Shown here in pieces: positions 59,594 to 64,000 of a DNA stretch of 64,000 nt. Location of the stretch: the NCBI GenBank assembly GCA_964016885.1, contig OZ024746.1:7936001-8000000 (forward strand), given 5' to 3'. Source of the stretch: Eledone cirrhosa. Lineage: Eukaryota. The first letter of the stretch is position 1, and each line of letters opens with the position of its first letter. Made by a program: the position numbers and the translations under genes. Below the pieces are notes generated by a model. It ran no database searches, had not been told where the DNA came from, and saw only the letters and a list, made by a program, of their open reading frames with translations.

Positions 59594-60107
59594 TCTATAT
59601 ATATAAAACTGAGGATGTCTGTCTGTGTGTGTGTGTGTGAGTTTGAATCCCTAAAACTAGAGAACCACCCAACCGACTGTTTTCAAACTTTACACATGTA
59701 ATACTCTCTCTATAATTCTTAGTCTTTCTCTTTTTAGATAGATACATACATATAACGTCGCGCCCTTATAATATCTATCTGTATGTCTGGCTGTCTGCAT
59801 TACGTCACTTCCTACAATTCGCTCTGCATCCAAAACGCGCCCTTATAATATCTGTCTGTATGTCTGGCTGTCTGCTGCCTCCAGTTATTCGGCCACCCTT
59901 GCTCAAGACAAATCTCACACCCATTCCCCAAACAGTTGGTAAGTGCACACAACTTCTTCCTCACGTTTTAAGCCACAGTGTTGCTTACTTGCGTACCACC
60001 AGACCCTTACTTCTTTGCCAGCCATGGTTGTGGCAATACTAAGCTTACTAAGGCAGTTATATATTTCACAATGTCTTATCCCGTGCAACGCCGGGTACTG
60101 CTGGTAG
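59594..60107 (+). mobile_element. Non-autonomous Helitron-like element
   Basis: a|TCTATATATATAAA start, (GTCT)/(GT)n, subterminal hairpin cccgtgcaacgccggg, and end GTAG|t (degenerate CTAG). Confidence 0.75.
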
Positions 60108-60689
60108 TTAAAAATAAATGAATCTAAATATTATATATTTTCTCAGTTAAAAAAGAAATACAAAACAAAAACATTCATTCAAAATCAAATCTTAAAAAAG
60201 AAACAACAAAAAAACATGGCAAACCACAGAATGAAAAAAAGTCATGCAAGAAAATGATGTCTACAAAAAGGAATAAAGAAACAACAAAAATGAAAGCAAT
60301 AAAAATAGATGTTTATAATTATACATTGAAGCAATAACGGTAATTACCGTTACTACATTACTGGGACAGGGATGAGAGGTTACCATAGCTAGGGCAGCAG
60401 TTTCAATGTCTGGTTTAAGGCAGATGAATTCCTTCATTGACAATCCTTGTATCAATGAACTTAGCTATGACTGGTCATGTAGAATTGTGTACCCATTTCA
60501 TGGAATGGACTTCGCACTGAGACAACTGCAGTTCCTGAATAAATCAGGAGGCGTGATGATGCATGATTTACATGAATTGGAAAGGAAAAGAAGGGAAGGG
60601 GACTTAAGGAAGAAAAAAAAAATTTGTTATCACAAAGTAGGTTTTTATAGAATATATGGTTGATTTGTTATTGGAAGAACTTGGCATTG

Positions 60690-60952
60690 TCATTTGAACA
60701 CCCACTGTACCATGGCTTGAAACACCAATATAATAGTGAGAACAACCCAATCTCGGTTCTGTGCCATAAATCCTTGCTGATTGAGTAATTGTTGTTGTTC
60801 CCTTCTTACTAACATTAATTGCTGTTGGAATGAATGAATAGTGTGCTGTGTATCTCCTAACAATTGAGACAAATTTTCTAGGGTTTTTAGAAAAGTCTCA
60901 TCTGTAAGATTGGAAGCTTTAGCTGATGTCAAAGCATTTCGAATTCGCATAT
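60690..60952 (-). CDS. OSBPL8: Terminal coding exon of an oxysterol-binding protein-related protein, ORP5/ORP8 type (coiled coil plus C-terminal ER tail anchor)
   Basis: Strong acceptor ttttttctattttcag at 60953. The peptide ends QNRDWVVLTIILVFQAMVQWVFK*, resembling the recalled ORP8 tail QKDYFIIFLLILLQVIINFMFK. Upstream exons lie outside the window. Confidence 0.7.
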
Positions 60953-62614
60953 CTGAAAATAGAAAAAAAAAAAAAACAATTTTAAAATAGTATTTAATTA
61001 ATTAGCATACATCAGATAGACAGTAAAACATACATCAAACTGACAATATCCAATCAATATACAAGTGTGGTTTAGTGGTTAGGGTGTTTGGCTCATGATC
61101 ATAAGTTCATGAGTTCGATACCAGGTGGCATGTTATGTTCCTGAGCAAGACACTTTATTTCATGTTTATCCAGTCCACTCAGCTGGCAAAAGGGAGTTCT
61201 ACCTGTAATTCAAAGGAGCTAACACTGTCACTCACTGAATCTCCCTGAGAATTATGTTATGTGTCCAGGAGCAAGCTGTTCCTTTGAACTATCATAATTT
61301 GTTCCAGTCATAAGACATTTTTTTTATTAAACCGACCAACCATCAACAACTCTTTTCAGATTGCCCTCTAAGCCCCTCCCCAGGGCTTCCCCTGATAATG
61401 GAAGGTAAATACAAAAGTATTTGGGATCAATAGAATTACTAAGGTAAAATTCTACCATTCTCATTCTTTTCTTAGTCCTTTATCTTATTTCTCTAATTCT
61501 TATTACCTTGACACTTATAATCTCGCACTGTCGGACTTCCAAATATATAAACTGATTTCCTAGTTGAATTTGTATTTCTTATTCCACAATGCTTCAAGAA
61601 AACTACAACATATTTTTTATATATTTACTCATAACTTCACTGAGTTGTTTGGCCAGGTCGTAAGACGTTTCTATACATATTTTCCAAACATTTTGTAGTA
61701 ATGTTTTAGTTTTACTACTGTTCCTTATGCATTTTCCCGGTAGCTTGTTTATTCACAGCTATTGACACACTAAATTTAGGGGTGATTCAGCTCTTTGAGT
61801 ATGAAATTGCAATGGTCCACTTCCAGAGGTGGCTAATGAAGGAATATTGAAGCCTTTAGTCTTCTCTGTTTATTTTTATTCACTATCTCCAGTTCCTTTG
61901 CGGAAATTTGTTTCTAAATGTGTATTCACACATAATGCCACACAGAATCTACTTATTTCACACACATGCATGAGTGTGAGGGAAGTTGTTGGTGTAAGAC
62001 TGTGTGAGAGTGTGTATGTGAGAGTGTATGTGAGAGTGTGTGTGTGTGTATGTGAGAGATTGTGTGAGAGAGACAGTGTGTGTGTGTGTGTGAGAGAGAG
62101 ACAGTGTGTGTGTGTGATAGAAAGTTATTGCTTACTGAAACCTTTTTCCAGGAAATAACTGATTGTAGTCAGTATAGTAGTAACTAGTACTAATGGTACT
62201 TCAACTGGTAATAACTATTTTGTCAACCTAACAGGACATCTTCATTGCTATTACCTATTGTTTCATCCCTATGTCGTTACATTAGTTGAACCTAAAGTTG
62301 CTGCTGTTGTTGTTGTAATTTAAACACTTAACATTGTAAATCTCGCTGTAATGTCCTCAACATAGTATCAAATCAATCTCCTCAAACCCTCTCTCTCTAT
62401 CTATCAATTCCCTTAATTTCTCTCTCTCTATCAGTCTGTTCGATCCCCCCCCTCTCTCTGTCTGTTCGACCCCCCCCCTCTCTCTGTCTGTTCGATCCCC
62501 CCCCCCTCTCTCAGTGTACTGATAAAATCTAATCCTGTATTTAAAGACCTCTAACAGATGTTCTAGTCTTTACTGTTCATATTAGTCAGATCACACACAC
62601 AGAATACTATCAGT

Positions 62615-62885
62615 CCAGTCCCCAGTTCAATACTACAACACATACTATACTATACCAGTCCCCAGTTCAATACTACAACACATACTATACTATACCAGTC
62701 CCCAGTTCAATACTACAACACATACTATACTATACCAGTCCCCAGTTCAATACTACAACACATACTATACTATACCAGTCCACAGTTCAATACTACAACA
62801 CATACTATACTATACCAGTCCCCAGTTCAATACTACAACACATACTATACTATACCAGTCCCCAGTTCAATACTACAACACATAC
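62615..62885. repeat. 40-bp minisatellite, about 6.8 near-perfect copies (intronic)
   Basis: ccagtccccagttcaatactacaacacatactatactata repeated. Confidence 0.97.
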
Positions 62886-64000
62886 ATAAATATTCATAAA
62901 GATTTGATTTGATTTCATTTCATTTTGTGATCAACCAAGAGATTATCAAAACCCTCCACTCTATACAATTTCTTTATCGATGACACATTATCTAAAAAAT
63001 ATCCTATCAATCACATTAGTAGATCATTACTACAAACAGCTCAGTAGTCTTATTACTCCTTTATGAGGCTATTAACCTAATAAACAAAGAAATCTGTCTT
63101 AGACAGGTGAACATTTTGTATAAAGGTATTATAACTAGTTTTCAGATTTTTTATGTGGGCTTTCATACAATTAAAACAGCTACTTAGTCTTAAATCTTTT
63201 TATACTAAACTGCGCCTGGTTATACAATACAAAACTGATTGTTTTGAAGTGTTTATATTCATCTAAATTCTACCATCATAATTTTATGAAAGAACATTTA
63301 AGTTATGCTCTAAAAACCAGCTAAACAATGAGAAAGTTTTAATTTATAAAATCCATCCAAATTCTTGATTATTTTAAAAACTACTTACAAATCATAGATA
63401 ATGACTTTCATTAGTAATAAGGTAACGAAATTGTATGAGTTATAGGTTCACTTTATTTTCATTGACTAATATAATATCAGTAAATTTGATAAGAATCTTC
63501 AAAATGTACTGTTACAAATGATAACATTTTATATTTAGAAAAATTATCAGGTTTAAAAATAGGATTACATTAACTTTGTTTTACTGTTTAATCAGAGAAG
63601 CAAGGGCAATGCCCTAAGATGTTTTCAGAGCCTCTGAGGCTGGTGGGAAGTTATTCTTGAACTGGAGACCTGACTCAAATACATGCAACAGAATAAGACT
63701 CTGTTAAAGGCACCCAAGGACCAAATGGTGGTGTTAAACCAAATGACTGATTAAGTCTAACCCCATGTAGGACTAGAACAGGATTTGAACTCTGAACATT
63801 AAGAACAAGAGGAAATACTGCAAAGCATTTTGTCCTACTCTATAGTGGTTCTATCAATTCGCTGTTATGTTTATAGAGCTGAAATAAATTACTGTTGAAG
63901 CAAGGTTGTAATAGCCTTGGAATGGGAACTGCAAGAAAGGAAGAGAGAGAAAGATTGTGTGTTTACCACATGTCTTCATATCAACAACGTTTAAAGCAAG

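Overview
This is AT-rich, repeat-dominated animal DNA. The giant (TA)n/(TACA)n arrays, tRNA-derived SINEs and RTE LINEs look like an octopod cephalopod, which is an inference. Most ORFs in the track are microsatellite artefacts. The only recognisable host coding sequence is the terminal exon of an ORP5/ORP8-type (OSBPL8-like) gene on the minus strand (60690-60952); there is also one unassigned candidate 87-nt exon (45016-45102). Mobile DNA includes a near full-length RTE-clade LINE with three C-terminal C2H2 fingers and relatives, a second RTE family with an internal PHD-like finger, two SINE families, a mariner remnant with its MITE, TTAA-flanked MITEs and two non-autonomous Helitrons. The main hunt result is that many short unique-sequence islands inside the (TA)n arrays carry hammerhead-ribozyme (HHR) motifs, often followed by AATAAA and often folded back as inverted repeats. 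One has an intact core and a large branched stem II (9782-9905); the rest are minimal, degenerate or half copies. This fits a population of microsatellite-targeting, ribozyme-bearing Penelope-like termini or non-autonomous elements. All structures were read by eye and not computed.
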